Origin: Hamiltosporidium tvaerminnensis FI-OER-3-3 | Taxonomy: Eukaryota > Fungi > Microsporidia | Direction of reading: 5' to 3' | Assembly (NCBI GenBank): GCA_022605425.2 | Contig: JAKIMF020000004.1 | Span: 806,001 to 870,000, forward strand | Length of the DNA: 64,000 nt | Part shown: positions 1-13,456 of the stretch, piece after piece | Layout of the letters: every line of letters begins with the position of its first letter | Position numbering within the stretch: position 1 is the stretch's first letter | Notes under the pieces: generated by a model | Database searches by the model: none | The model's input: only the letters and a program-made list of their open reading frames with translations | What the model was told of the DNA's origin: nothing | Program-made: the position numbers and the translations under genes

Positions 1-146
1 CCTCTCCTCCTCATAACAACTCCCATGGAACAACCGAAGATGTAGTGTGGTTTTATTCCCACCAAAAATCCAAACAATGATCTCACACCAGTTTCACACA
101 CTCATTGCCAAGCAGAAAGTTTTTTATGTGGTTATCCTCCCTCCAC
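1..146 (-). mobile_element. SINE-like structured repeat, copy 1 (5' part; window starts inside it)
   Basis: Reverse complement closely matches 49908-50055. Ends at GGTTATCCTCCCTCCAC, the family's 5' terminus. Confidence 0.9.
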
Positions 147-3100
147 AATTAAAATATAAAATAAATATCTTAAGTAATTACATAATCAAAGCTGATCAGG
201 TAGATTTTATTTACAAATATAAATTACATGATGAAATTATGTAGGTTTATTATATATTTTTAAACAAAAATCATAAATAATTGTGTATTAAAAGTATTTA
301 AATGCTTTTATATAGAATACATTTCAAGCAACATATTCTTGTTTTAAAAAAAATTAAACCATCAAGGTTTATTTTTCAATTAAAAGCTCTTCGAGTAGTA
401 TTTTAATTTTTGTAAAAATATATTTACAGCTTTCCACAAATATTTTAATTGTATTTTATAGACTATATTTTTAATAATGGGATATAATCTGTTTTTATAT
501 AGCTTATTTAATACATAAAATGTACCTTTTGCTATGCTTGCTTTCATAGTGTTTTAATGTAAAAAAAATTTGCGAATACTTGTATACAAAATCATAGGTA
601 CCTCATGAAATCATCTTGCGTCTAGCTAGCTCGTATTAAACGATTAACCAACAAAAATATTAAAAGACCTAATTTCATCACTGATAGAAGTCGAAAAAAA
701 CCATAAATTTACACATTATATTTCCTTAATTAAACATATTAATTTATAATATTTCAGATAGAATATGTTACTTATAAAGTATAATTCCAAACAAAGAAAA
801 AACAATCTAATATTAAAAGCCGAAAAAGGCATAAGTAAGACAGTCGAAAAATAAATTGCAATAATTTTTCTTTGCCTTCAATTATGATATCTTGTTTAAA
901 AGTAAGAATTCTCAATAAGGTTAAAATATACAAGGTACGGTATCATTCATTATAAAATGCTTTTTTTTATTCCGCATCACATTATATATGAACTTTACTC
1001 TAATTTGAGGTTTTTAACTCAGTTCTAGAATACATTTTAGCAACAAATACTATTTGAATTTTTAATTACATTAATTTATAATGCTATTTATAATATATTC
1101 TTGTACTTAAAATGAAGAGACTGATCTAAAATCCTTTTAAATTCGTTAATATTCTAAAAGAACTTTCCATACGACTTGTTTGATGTGGTGGAGGCAGTTT
1201 TAATGGTAAGTATGCGACTTGCTTATCAAATGAAACAAAACAAATTACTTCATGGGCCTAAGAGACATAATACTCTGATAAACTACCAGGTAAGAGCGAT
1301 TCGGCTCGATTCCTCAAATATGAACTTATATAGAATGGTTTATGTATTATATTTAAGTAAATAAATGTGGAAAAAATACAACGTTGAGTCCAATTTAATG
1401 AGAGAAATGAAAGAGCTATATGGTGGTCAAGCTTACAAAGATATTTAGGTTATATCTATTATATTTTTTGTACCAATTAAGGCACGCGAATGAGAAAGCT
1501 CGAATATGAAAGAGCAAAACTTCAATTTGAAGATTTCATAGACGCTAAAATAATAACAATATTAATTATAGTCAGAACATTAATCTAAAAATAAAATCAC
1601 CTAATGGTCTGTTTACGTTTATACAATAAGATACAAACCATAATTTCCTTGATGTCTAGTAAAAAGCCAATTTATTGGCTCGAACTAATTACAAAAGTTT
1701 TTTAAATGTGGCAATTGCACGCTTTTCAAGGTAGGAAAGACTTTTATATTCAAAATATACGTTATTTTTAGTTGAAGAAAGTAAATCTTAATTCTCGTAA
1801 TATTGTTAAAAATTTGTAAATTTATTTGTAGATTGGCCGAAATTTGACTAAAATTAACTAGTTTACACTCTAAAATTTCTTTTTATCAACTTATTTGCTT
1901 CAAAATTAAGAGCATCTTCATGTTTCCCAAGAAATGTGATTTATAGTTTTTAAATAGTTTTGAGCTCAAATATCAGTGAATAAACTCAATCTGAATAGAA
2001 CCGCTATATATGTTTAAAAGTAAAACCCCTATATGTATTTAAAGGTCTATCACTTACAATACTTTCTAGCGTTGAATGCTTTCACAAGCTTTTTATTCTA
2101 AAAAAAACAACCCATTAAATAAAATATTTTGCCTTATTTAAATCACGTAAAATAATTTCTCATAAATTTTTAATCATGATACTTCTACTCGTATCACGTA
2201 ACTTATTTTTAAAAAACTTAAGTCCTCGGAAAATTTCATTTAAACATAGCAAATATTATGGTAAGCCAATCAAAAAATTATATTTGGTTGATTAGTTGAA
2301 ATTAAGCCAAATTTTTTTTTACTAAGAAACATATAAGGAATTTGAATAGGATTACTTATATATCAGAATAATTTAAACGGATCATTCCTATATGCTAAAA
2401 AAACGACAAGGTTTATTTTAATTATCAAATTTATTTTGTCCTGCGTTAAAATTAAAGAGTTATAAAGCAAAGTATATATTCAAAATATAAAAAAATTACT
2501 GTAAAAAGGTTTCCAAATGATAATGAAACGAGGTATAATGCATAATATTGAGTATAATTAACTAGAAACTGCTTAATATTTTTATACATTGACTTATTAC
2601 AATCTGAATATTGATTTTATATTTACACAATTGACCATATCATTATGCTTCGATTTTCCGATATTTTATACCTTCAAATATATTAAAAAAGATTATTTAA
2701 CTGATTCTAGCGCTTTCTAAGATATATAAGAAACCTAAATATTATTAAGATCTAATATATGTCAAAAGCTTATTTTTTTTATGATAACTTGAATTTATTC
2801 TTAATCGGTATTTAATAGTTGAAAGAAATGCGCAAAACATATTTTTTATCGTATCTTTGTCATAATTAACAACTAATATCCTTTAGCAATGTATTGATTT
2901 TTAAATATTTGAAATACTACTTATATCGTTTAGTTCATGTTGATTTCCTTCGTGTATAATAGAATTAAAATAATTTGTATAAATTCTTATCTTAGATGAG
3001 ATATTTCATTTTTTAATGTATTAGTATAATAAATAAATTATATAAAAATCAAAATCTTAATTTGATCATTGCGTCTGGAAAATACAATACAGAAAAAGAC

Positions 3101-3760
3101 CAAATAATTACATGAAAGAATTACCGGTTAATTCCAGTGTGATGGATCTATTAGTTATTATGTCTTAACAATAAAAAAACAATATATTACTTTATCAAAT
3201 CATATCTGAGATATATTGCATTAGATAAGCTCGTGCGTGTATCTTTAAAGTAATAAAAAAACAAATCATATTTTTATGATCAATGCACATATTGATTTGT
3301 AGAATTTCAAATTTATGTTTTAATTCGAATTATATTTTGTTGTGATTATATGTTCTTCTAATTCAAAGCTGTCTTTATACAAATTACATTCGGATATTTA
3401 ATCAAATTCAAGAACGATATATTTTTTGTACAAAAAAAGAACACAATTTACAGATACAATATGTATTTGAATATAAAATTTATCTTAACACAATATTCCT
3501 GTATTTATATCAGAATTGCCCTCAATATTGCTTTTCAAAATTAATTAACAGAAAAATATAGCACATAATTAATATAATAGACTAGAAATATATTTTTGTA
3601 TTAAGTAATTACAATTTTTTTTTATTTTATCAATATATAGATAGCTAAATTAATATATACAACCCTGATTCTTCGTAATTTCTTGCAAATAAAATGTTAT
3701 TTTCTATTTTTATACAATTTTCTACTCTCGTTTCTATTTCACATCGTAATTTTAAATTTA

Positions 3761-3900
3761 ATCTTACAAACCTTAAATAATATTTGGTTTTAAACTTAAA
3801 AATGAGTTCTTAAATCAAAAAAAAACATTTTTATCTTACAAACCTTAAATAATATTTGATTTTAAACTTAAAAATGAGTTTTGTAATCAAAAAAAACATT
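3761..3900. repeat. AT-rich ~72-bp tandem duplication
   Basis: ATCTTACAAACCTTAAATAATATTTG occurs at 3761 and 3833. Confidence 0.8.
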
Positions 3901-4262
3901 TAAAAAACAAAAAACATTTAACAGGATTCTGTTTATTTCTGATATATGAAATCTATTTGTAAAAATAATTTAAAATTTTAAAGTTCAATAAAAATGAATA
4001 AAAAAAGTCGTAAAATAATATTTTTTATAAAATAGTTTTTATTGTAAAGAAACTACACTTTTAAAAAAAATTACAAAAAATTACAAAAATAATAAGAATT
4101 CTATAAAATTTTTTATTTACAAGAAACCTCATTTTTAGCAAATAAATTACAAAAATAAATTTAAAGAATTCTATAAAATATCTTTTATTTACAAGAAACT
4201 ACACTTTTTAAAAAAAGGAATTTAAGAAAATAAAACACAAACAAATTTATTAAAAGTTTACT

Positions 4263-4643
4263 TTACGCATCATAAAGTAAATCAACAATATCCCGAATAG
4301 AAACTTCATTACCATTTGTTTCAACTGCTCTAAAAAATGATCGTATTTCTTCTTCAGTAAGTTTATCATTACCAGAGGTAAGAAGCTTTCTAAGTTCATC
4401 TGTACTAATATATTCATCATCTCCTAGTGCACGTAATTCATTGTATAAATCCTCCTTGGTATACTTCTTTTCAAATGATACAAGTAACTTTTCAAATTCT
4501 TCAAATGTCTCTGGAACATCTATATTTAGCTGTTCTTCTGTTGGTGCATAGCCACATAGTCTTACTAAGTCCTTAAATGTATCTTTGTTTAGTTTTTGAT
4601 TCGAAACAAAATAATTATATTTTTCTCTTACTGTATCCTCCAT
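4263..4643 (-). CDS. EF-hand protein, myosin light chain (Mlc1/Cdc4)/calmodulin-like
   Basis: 126 aa with VRLCGYAPTEEQ, YISTDELRKLLT and DKLTEEEI, typical of myosin light chains. CCCTT precedes the ATG. Confidence 0.8.
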   Translation of the reverse strand: MEDTVREKYNYFVSNQKLNKDTFKDLVRLCGYAPTEEQLNIDVPETFEEFEKLLVSFEKKYTKEDLYNELRALGDDEYISTDELRKLLTSGNDKLTEEEIRSFFRAVETNGNEVSIRDIVDLLYDA

Positions 4644-4928
4644 AAGGGAATAAAAATAAAATATTTCTTTTTTAATTTTTTTTTAAAATAGAAGAGGTAG
4701 ATCTGAAGTAAAATAGAAAATAAATTATTATTTTTAAAGAGGCTTTTATTTGAAATAGAAGAGGGTAGATCTGAAGTAAAATAGAAAATAAAATATTTCT
4801 TTTTTAATTTTTTTTGAAATAGAAGAGGTAGATCTGAAGTAAAAGAAACAAATAAATTATTAATTTTTTATAGAAGCTTTTATGTTCAAATTTAAGAGTA
4901 AATGAAAAACAAAATAGAAAATATAAAT

Positions 4929-5210
4929 TTATTTTTTATAAAAACTTTCACCTAAAAAAGGAATAAAAAAATAAATTTGCATAAAAAGTACAAAAAGATT
5001 CAAGAAGATTAAAATCATTGTATCTTCTTTTCTTGGTGTATAAAAATTTATTAGAAGAGTTGGAATGAGTAAATATAAACAAAATATTCTTGAAACTGCT
5101 ACTGAAAGAAAGGAAAGAATAAGAAATGAAATGAAGTATATTTCGATTGGTGTGTTATCTATATGTTTTGAATAATCAGAAGCGTCAATTATAAGTGGTT
5201 TCGATTCCAT
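4929..5210 (-). CDS. small membrane protein, unknown function
   Basis: 93 aa with 2-3 hydrophobic segments. CCCTTA precedes the ATG. Confidence 0.6.
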   Translation of the reverse strand: MESKPLIIDASDYSKHIDNTPIEIYFISFLILSFLSVAVSRIFCLYLLIPTLLINFYTPRKEDTMILIFLNLFVLFMQIYFFIPFLGESFYKK

Positions 5211-5279
5211 TAAGGGTCTTTCTTTGATACTTAAATTTTAATATTAGATTTTTAAAAAAATATATTTTATTTAATTCAG

Positions 5280-5973
5280 GTGGAGGGGTGATAAGTATAT
5301 TAGAAACTATCTGCTTGGCAATGAGTATTTGAAATTTATGTAAGAATTGTTTTTTAAATTTTTAATGAAATTAAAATTCACCAAATTTTTGGTTTTTCAT
5401 AAGAATTTGTATGGAAGAGAATGTCTACGAAATGGTGAAACTTTTTCTACAAATTTAGTTTTTGGTTTTTTTATGTAACTAAATCGGAGAACGTAATTGA
5501 ACTTATAGGTAATTGTCATGTAAAAGCATTTAAATCTATTCTTGATAACTCGTATTTGAAGACTTGGCGATCGAGATAAAAAAACATACCCTTTAAAAGA
5601 CTAGTAAACTGACCATTAGGCTATACGTTTTGGTATGACATCGCAACGTTTAGGTGGATCTCATTTTAGTTCGCTTAAAATTTATTGGCTTGAAGTCTAT
5701 TAGGTTCGAAAAATCTAGACTGGGGTAAAATGCTGTTTGTCATCGAAACCAAAATTAGTGAGGCTTACGGTCATACACCGGTCAACCTTCTCGGCGATTA
5801 AATACGTTTCTTATATCTTTTGGATGAATTGCCTTTAAATCTGGGCATCGTAGGGGGGTGGCAATAGAATCTTAGTGGAGTAGTTATCTATGCTAAACTT
5901 ATAATTGTGTTAATGTCATGAAAAATATAACCTATGCCGTTTCTTAAAAAGGAAAGGATTTTGATTAAATAAA
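5280..5973 (+). mobile_element. SINE-like structured repeat, copy 2 (old, diverged, full length)
   Basis: Starts GTGGAGGGG, shares blocks AAACTTTTTCTACAAATTT and TAGGTAATTGTCATGTAAAAGCAT, ends TTAAATAAA. Confidence 0.8.
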
Positions 5974-7257
5974 ATTCGTTTTACCTAACTCAAGCAAATT
6001 AAAATCTTTTTATTTAATGTAGGTGCAATTTTAAAATGATTTCCTCTGACTTTTTGTTTGAATACGGTGAGTATTTCTTGAATTATGCCTTTAGCTTTTT
6101 TGCAAAACACAAACTTATAAGGTTCGGTTTCTATATCCATCCCTAAAATGTTATAAGACTAACCTTAAATTTTGCTTATAATAGCATATGTGTGCTATAG
6201 TAGGATGCAAGAAACGTTCTTTGCGCATAAGTTGAATGTAGTTCACATAAATTTTAATTTTTTGCATTCAAAACCAGGAATTTTATATTTTACATTTGTT
6301 TCAAAGCTTACGGATTAGAAAAATTTTGATCTTACAATTTATAATCCGTGATTTCTTTAGATTTACGTGATATTTTTGATAAGTTATAATTATAATGAGC
6401 CAAGAGATTCAGCCTGGTGAAACAAACCATAATTTCAAGTCATTTTGTATTTTTGACTTTATTTGGGGTTTATTTTTTCACATTACCACTAAAAATGCAT
6501 TCAAATTCCGGATTTAGTATTTCATGATTTCCTATCTGTGTTTTCTAACTAGTTCATTTGTATTCGTATTTCCAAAATACACATCATTTTCGTTCCTTTT
6601 ATTTGTTTCTAAACATTTTAGTAGGATTACTGAAAATCAATATGCCAGTTTGATTCTGGAATATTGGTTCAGTTCATTTATCATTTGCTGTTGATTAGTC
6701 CAAGTGTAGAGGCTTTTGCTTAAAAAAGTAATTTGGGTGTGGCGGTCGAGAATATTGGGAAAATCATACAAACACATGCAGTTTTATCTGAGTGGCTTTG
6801 TGATTATTGCAAAATATAGTTTTTAATGTACAAAAATAGAGAATTTATAAATGGGCACTAGTCCTGTCATTTTTGTAAATTTTCTTCCTGTGTTAATTCT
6901 TCTATATCTTTAAGAAACTTTTTTGTACCTTTTTTGAATTTTAGCTGTTAAAATTTTCTTTGAAACTATTCATCTCCCAATTCGTAAAAATATAAAAATA
7001 ATACAATTTTTATTAACTAAACATTCAAAAATACACCAAACAATATTTCGAGAGGATATTCATATAAAAATCAATATATTTTATTTCCATTCAAATTTAA
7101 AAGTCTTATAATCCAATACACAATGTTCTAACATTTTACTTGGTTATTTGCTATTATAATAAAATATTTTGCATTTCTTTCTTTTTATATGTTCCATTTA
7201 TAGAAATATACGCTTGAACAATTATATTTTCTTTATTGTATTTCTCTTTTGTATCCC

Positions 7258-8019
7258 ATGCTTTATATAATAGGATTGGGACTTTCAGATGAGAAAGATA
7301 TTTCAGTACGAGGATTAGAAATAGTAAGATCTTGTGAAAAAATATATTTAGAAAATTATACAAGTCTTTTAAAGACCAATAAAGCAAAACTTGAAGAACT
7401 CTATGGAAAAGAAGTAGAAATAAGTACGAGAAATATATTAGAAAAAACGGATTTAATATTAGAAGAAGCAAAAGATAAGGACGTGGCATTGTTGGTTATA
7501 GGTACACCTTTGTTTGCGACAACACATACTGATATTATATTGAGAGGCAAAGAAAAAAATGTAAAAATAGAAATAATTCATAATTCTTCAATAATGAATG
7601 TTATGGGATGTTGTGGATTGTTTTCATATTCATTTGGTCGAACAGTTTCAATACCTTATTTTACTGAGACATGGAAACCAACAAGTTTTTATGAAAAAAT
7701 TTATGAAAATTTTAGTAATAAATTGCATACTCTGTGTCTGTTAGATCTACGGGTAGATGAAAAGGAAGAAAAATATATGCAGCCTAATATAGCAATTGAT
7801 CAGATATTGGAATCAGAAAATATTTTAAAATTAAATTTTCTTAATTTAGATTCCGAAATTTTTGTTGTCTCAAGATTCGGTTGTCCTGATCAAAACATTA
7901 TATTTGGTAAAATTAGAGATATTTTAATGATGAGTCATGGTAATCCTTTACATTCTCTTATAATACCTTCGAAGATGGAAATAATTGAAAAAGAACATGT
8001 CACTGCCCTTTTTGGATAA
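7258..8019 (+). CDS. DPH5: diphthine methyl ester synthase
   Basis: MLYIIGLGLSDEKDISVRGLE, YLENYTS, GTPLFATTHTD and HTLCLLDL are Dph5 motifs. The ATG at 7258 follows CCC; the track start at 7249 is a TTG. Confidence 0.96.
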   Translation: MLYIIGLGLSDEKDISVRGLEIVRSCEKIYLENYTSLLKTNKAKLEELYGKEVEISTRNILEKTDLILEEAKDKDVALLVIGTPLFATTHTDIILRGKEKNVKIEIIHNSSIMNVMGCCGLFSYSFGRTVSIPYFTETWKPTSFYEKIYENFSNKLHTLCLLDLRVDEKEEKYMQPNIAIDQILESENILKLNFLNLDSEIFVVSRFGCPDQNIIFGKIRDILMMSHGNPLHSLIIPSKMEIIEKEHVTALFG

Positions 8020-10954
8020 AATAGTCAAAGTTAATTAAATACAATTTTATTTAAAAACTCTAATTTTTGATAAAATAATCTCATAAGAAAAATATTTATT
8101 AAAGTACTCGACTTATGCCAATATATTTTTTTTAATTCTGTTTAATTACTAATAAAAAATTCTATAAATTGAATATTAAATAAATTAATTTATGGAAATT
8201 TTTTTGTAAAAAAATATTGTTTTATTATGTGAGTCTTGTTTTTAGGATATCTAATTTGCAGTAAATTTTTTTAATAGAAACAAAGGAGATGTTTTTAAGT
8301 GAAACCATTTAATCTTATCTTTACATAATTTTCTATTCCTTTTTCTTAAAATTACAAATTATTAAGTATATTGGTTTAATATACTATAATTAAATCATTC
8401 AAACATTAAATTATATAATTTGGTTTCTGATATGGAAACAGATAATTGAATTTAGAAATTAAAGAAAAATTATAATAGAATTAGGTTTCAATAAATACAG
8501 TATAATTTAAGATTTCAATATTTTGGATTTGTAACAATAATATCTTCTTTTTATATTTCTTCTTATATTTTTGATAGTTCTTTTGTATTCTTATTCGTGT
8601 TAATATTTCTATCAAGTAGTTTTAAACTGGAATTTCAAATTTGGAGTATTTTCGTATTTTAAAAAATTAACTTTGTCTTTGAAATAGATGATGTGAACTC
8701 TAACTTCATTTTTACTTTGTTGGAGTTCAAAATATAATTTAATTACCTTTTTAATATAAAAAAAGGATCTTATACATTTTTCATTTCATTTAGATATCTA
8801 TTTGATTTATGATTTAATTACTCTGAAATACGCTAAGCGATATTTTATTCTTATTATCTATATAATCATTTCTAAAACGATTATTTTTTCTTGATATAAT
8901 TTTGAAATTGTATTTCAGAAGTTTTTTGCCTCTAAAAGTTCGACAAAATATTAAATTCACTCTATAGTGAACTAGTAACTTATTTGATTGCTTATATGGG
9001 AAAATATATTATTTGTGCCATAATAAGCAATTACTTTGTTATATTTATATATACACGTTTTATTGGTGTTTTTTTGAGAAGTTACATAGTAAAATCTGTG
9101 TAGTTTCAATTAAAATAGTAAACTTTAATTTATGAAGAATTTAAAAGTATAAAAAACAGATTTTTTATTGTTATTATTATCATTTAAACGATTTTCTAAA
9201 AAAAGACTATGGTTTAATCTCTATAGATTAATTTTGCCACTAGTATTTGGTTTCGCTATAAAATAACTTTTTCTTTGCCGCAAATCAACATATAACTTTT
9301 TCGCCTGTATTTTTCAAATATTTTCTTCAGAATATAGACAAATAACTTGTTATGGCAAGTGAAAAATAATTAGTTTGAGAAAATCAACGTTTTTTTTCTT
9401 GAATAAAGTTTAAAACCCGGACTAGTAAATAAAAATATATTAATCCTAGATTTTCTTATATTCTTTTTATTTTCTAACTTTTTGAGATATTAATAAGCTC
9501 GCTAGTTATGTATACCTCTAATTTCGCAATGTTTGGTTTATAATCCTTATATTAATATTGACAAACAGGTTTTTAGAATGTATCTTGATTCTTTAATATT
9601 TACAGAAGCTCTTTTAAAAGGCAAGGTTATTTCTTAAATATCATATTTATTGTACATTTTTTGAATAAACATGACCTGCACAGAATCTTATAATTAAGTT
9701 GGCGTGTTCCTAGAAATCTCTTTATATGGATAATCAACCTTATTACATTTTACCAAATTTTAGACGTTTTTTGGTATTTGAGTATCCTCTGATATTGAAA
9801 ATTAAGTTAAACGTCTTTTTAAAGTATTTGGAATGTCTTAACACACAGTTTTCTAATTTAAAGGCGCATTTTATTCTATAGACGATGCTAAATTTTTCGT
9901 TTCTAGGATAATTAAGACCGTGTTTATATATTTTAATTTCTAGGTCTTTTAAAAATGCGATAGAAATTTCTTTTGAAACAAAATGAATGGCGCATTTTTG
10001 GTTAAATTTAGATTTTTTATTTTTGTAAATAATTTAGGCAAGAATAGTAAACTTCGAAGAAATAATTCGGTTTACTTCTGTTTATTATATCCTATATTCT
10101 TTTAATTATAGTATAACAGTCAAAATTAAAATATTATACAATATAATCTGTAAAATAAGAAAGTAAAAGGTGTGATATGGCTATAAATAAAAAGTGGTTT
10201 GTTTCTTTTTTGGCAAAAAAGTAGGCTAAATTGGTCTATCCGGGACTTAAACTGTCTTATAATTAATAACGGCCAAAAAACACCTAAATATAACCCTCTA
10301 ATTAGCCAAGAAAAAGTAAATCTATGGACCGTATACGTCGGCTTAATTCTTCTGATCTACATCTATTTTTTTTTAGACTCGCAATAAAAACTTTTATTCT
10401 AATATTAAGAACAACCTTGATTTCTATAAATTTTATCGAATAAATGTTTATATTAAAATCGTTGGGCCTACATACTTTTATTTTTTGATGTTTTTCTACG
10501 ATATTTACATTGGAAAATTAAATGTCTCTTAAGTGTTTCATTTATAATATTTTCAAAAATAGATGCAAATAAGTATGCTACACTTCTATTTCGCTATAAA
10601 TAAAATACCCTTTGTATATCTAGAGCAAAATCACACAGATTAAACATCAAATTTTAGAAATTAAAATGTATTTTTTGCTATTTTTAAAAAAATAGAAACA
10701 AGGTTGTTTATAGAAAACATTAAAGATCAGATGTTATTTTTTAAGAATCTTTTTGCTGAAATGACAATAATATAAATTTTAAAGAATCATTTAATGTCAG
10801 AACCGTTGATTGGATACATTCTTGTTTTAAATGGCTAAAAAGCAAATTCAGATAGATTAAAGGTTGTACTAAATTGAATATAATTAACTACTTAGTAAGG
10901 AAATAAATTAAATAGACTTTTTTCATTGTAATAAAATGAAATTTTCAACAGACT

Positions 10955-11666
10955 TTGGTTTTGAAAAATCACATCACTTTTAAACAGCGACAAGTCTAAA
11001 ATTTGTTTTCATCGCATTAACGCAGCTCTAGGTTTAACATAAATAATTGCTCTGTAAAACTATATCGGTAACTCCTAGGATACCTACATCCCAAAGTCTT
11101 TCATTTTCCAGGTGTCTAGAACATATTTAATAGGCAAGTCTGTTACCCGGTGTGTTAATGTCCGTTGCATGGAGTGTGATCGAAGGCCGAAGCCCCCCTG
11201 GGCTCCCCCAAGACTATGCAGCATTCCCACTTTCTCTACACTTTCTGAACCCAATAAACTTCTTGCTAAGATATATTTCAGAGACTTACATTGGGTCCAT
11301 CTAGACAGTGCAATTCCATACTATCGGTATAACCGGCTACTTGGCTCTCCCGACTTTTAATGGTTTTATTTTTATATCTCCCAGGCTCTAAGCCTTTTAA
11401 CGCGAGTGAGCAAGGCTAGGTTTCACTGCTTTTAGATGGAAATTACCTACAAGTTATGCAGCGGTCTGCGATCAAGTTATAAAAAAACCAAAAACCAACA
11501 TTGTAGAAATGTTTCACCATTTCTTAGACGATATCCTTCATACAAATTTTGATGAAAATCTGATGTGGTTTAATTCCGACCCAAAATACGCAAAATAGCC
11601 TTAACACCAATTTCACATACTCATTGACAAGGAGATGGTTTTTTATGAGGTTATCTTTCCTTCCGC
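10955..11666 (-). mobile_element. SINE-like structured repeat, copy 3
   Basis: Collinear and highly similar to 44153-44877, e.g. GCATGGAGTGTGATCGAAGGCCGAAGCCCCCCTGGGCTCCCCCAAGAC. Left boundary approximate. Confidence 0.9.
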
Positions 11667-12871
11667 TAAGTTATTAACAAATAATTTTAATTAGGAATCA
11701 AATATTAGCTGGTTATAAGATGGATTACACGGTGTGTTTTCATTGTGTAAAAACAATAGAATAATAGGGTTATTGGGTCTATAAACTTTAAAAAACATAT
11801 TAAGAAATTAATTTAGAAAATAGAAGAGAAATCATCTGGCATTTACCTATAAAAAAAATTTGTAAAATTTTTTACATATAAAATCTAATACTTGAAAAAA
11901 AATATTCGGATTCTCTATCAAACATAATGTCGTAAATTCTTTTATTAATATAATCGAACATCTTCCAATTTTTGAACCTAAAGATTTCAGAAAGGAATCA
12001 GAAGTAGCAGTAAGCAAAATAATGTTAATATCTTAATTAAGTATTTTTACAATGTATATTTGAAAAATAGTTATTAAAAAGAAATCCCCGAAGGATTCGT
12101 TTTAATTTTTTTTTGCTTTAATCTGTGCTTTTCTCTGTTTTAATTTTGACCTTTTTTCTTATATTTGAGACCTTTTTGTGGATTTGATTGCCGGATTGAT
12201 TTTGGTCATTTTATTCATAATATAGGGTCATCAGTTTCGCTATTTTTTTGTTAAAGTTTTATCATGTCGAAATACATATGTAATGAGGTAATGAATTTTT
12301 TATGTCTCTAAGCTTCTTACAAAAAAAAACACCATATTTTGATGTACTAGAGATTGAATATACATCACGGATTCCTTGTTCATTTAATCGATACTTTATA
12401 AATTAAATTAAATGAAATGAAATAAAAAACGATTTATGATTGCAAGAATACAATTTAAATTACAATAATAAATTAAAATACTAAGTAACAGATAAAAAAA
12501 GCTTTAAAATATTTAGATCCAAGAACAAACTAATGATTTTAATAGCAATATATTACTTCAAAGAAATAGATTAAAATATTTTTTTTCGATTTTATAATCT
12601 CGATTTTTCTATAAAATAGATAATAATGTTTTAAGAGGCAAACATTTTGCATATTTTCTTTTATATTTATAATTGAGATATTTCAAAACACTAAATTATA
12701 ACGATTTTTCCAAGAAAACCAAATAAATTAAAATAAACATTTTAATAAATTAAACCAATTTTGGAATATTGAGGCTCTATTTTTGATTAAACTATTAAAT
12801 TTATAAAAAGAACCACAATATTTAAAATTAAAATAAATATATTGTATTTATATATTTGGTAGAGCATTTAT

Positions 12872-12928
12872 GTGATGCTATGAGATAATCTCACTGGTAT
12901 TAGTGATTGTCTCGTCGCATCATTTTTT
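12872..12928 (+). other. long imperfect hairpin followed by T6 (candidate small ncRNA or terminator)
   Basis: TGATGC pairs with GCATCA and TGAGATAATC pairs with GATTGTCTCG (G-U pairs on +), followed by TTTTTT. Confidence 0.35.
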
Positions 12929-13456
12929 AAACAGAAAGTCATAAAATCTTTCGTTTACAACTGTATTCGTAAAAACAGATATTGCAGAGTCACGCTCCCA
13001 AAATATATCTAAAATGATAATAGTTTGAAAAAATCATGAATTTATAATATTTTGCTCAACCAAAAAACATATTCCCTTAAAGATACCAAACAAAATACAA
13101 TCTAATTTAGAAAACATATTTACAAATATTTAACCATTTCGGTTAGAATTCATCACATAAAAGTTTAAGAAATTTAATAATATAGGAGTTCTTTATTGTA
13201 CATAAACTAGTCATATTTTAAAATCATAATCCAGTACATTTATAAAATTAATGAAATATCATAATATCATTCTTCTATATTACATATTTCATCAATACTA
13301 TATGTAAAATATTGTGCCAAAAAGCATTTAAATGAATATTAAAAACCTATCGCATTGTTAAATATTTCGTAAAAAATTGAATACTAGACTTTTTACTAAA
13401 TAAGATGTAAAATTGAACTAAAATTTTAAATTTAATTATATTTTTACATTTGAATA

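Noticed and set aside
11266-11400. Group I intron R/S-like words (TCAGAGACTTACA, AAGATATA) in the SINE-like repeat
   Set aside because: The words are in the wrong order, no P/Q elements are seen, they are not conserved across copies, and no host gene is interrupted.
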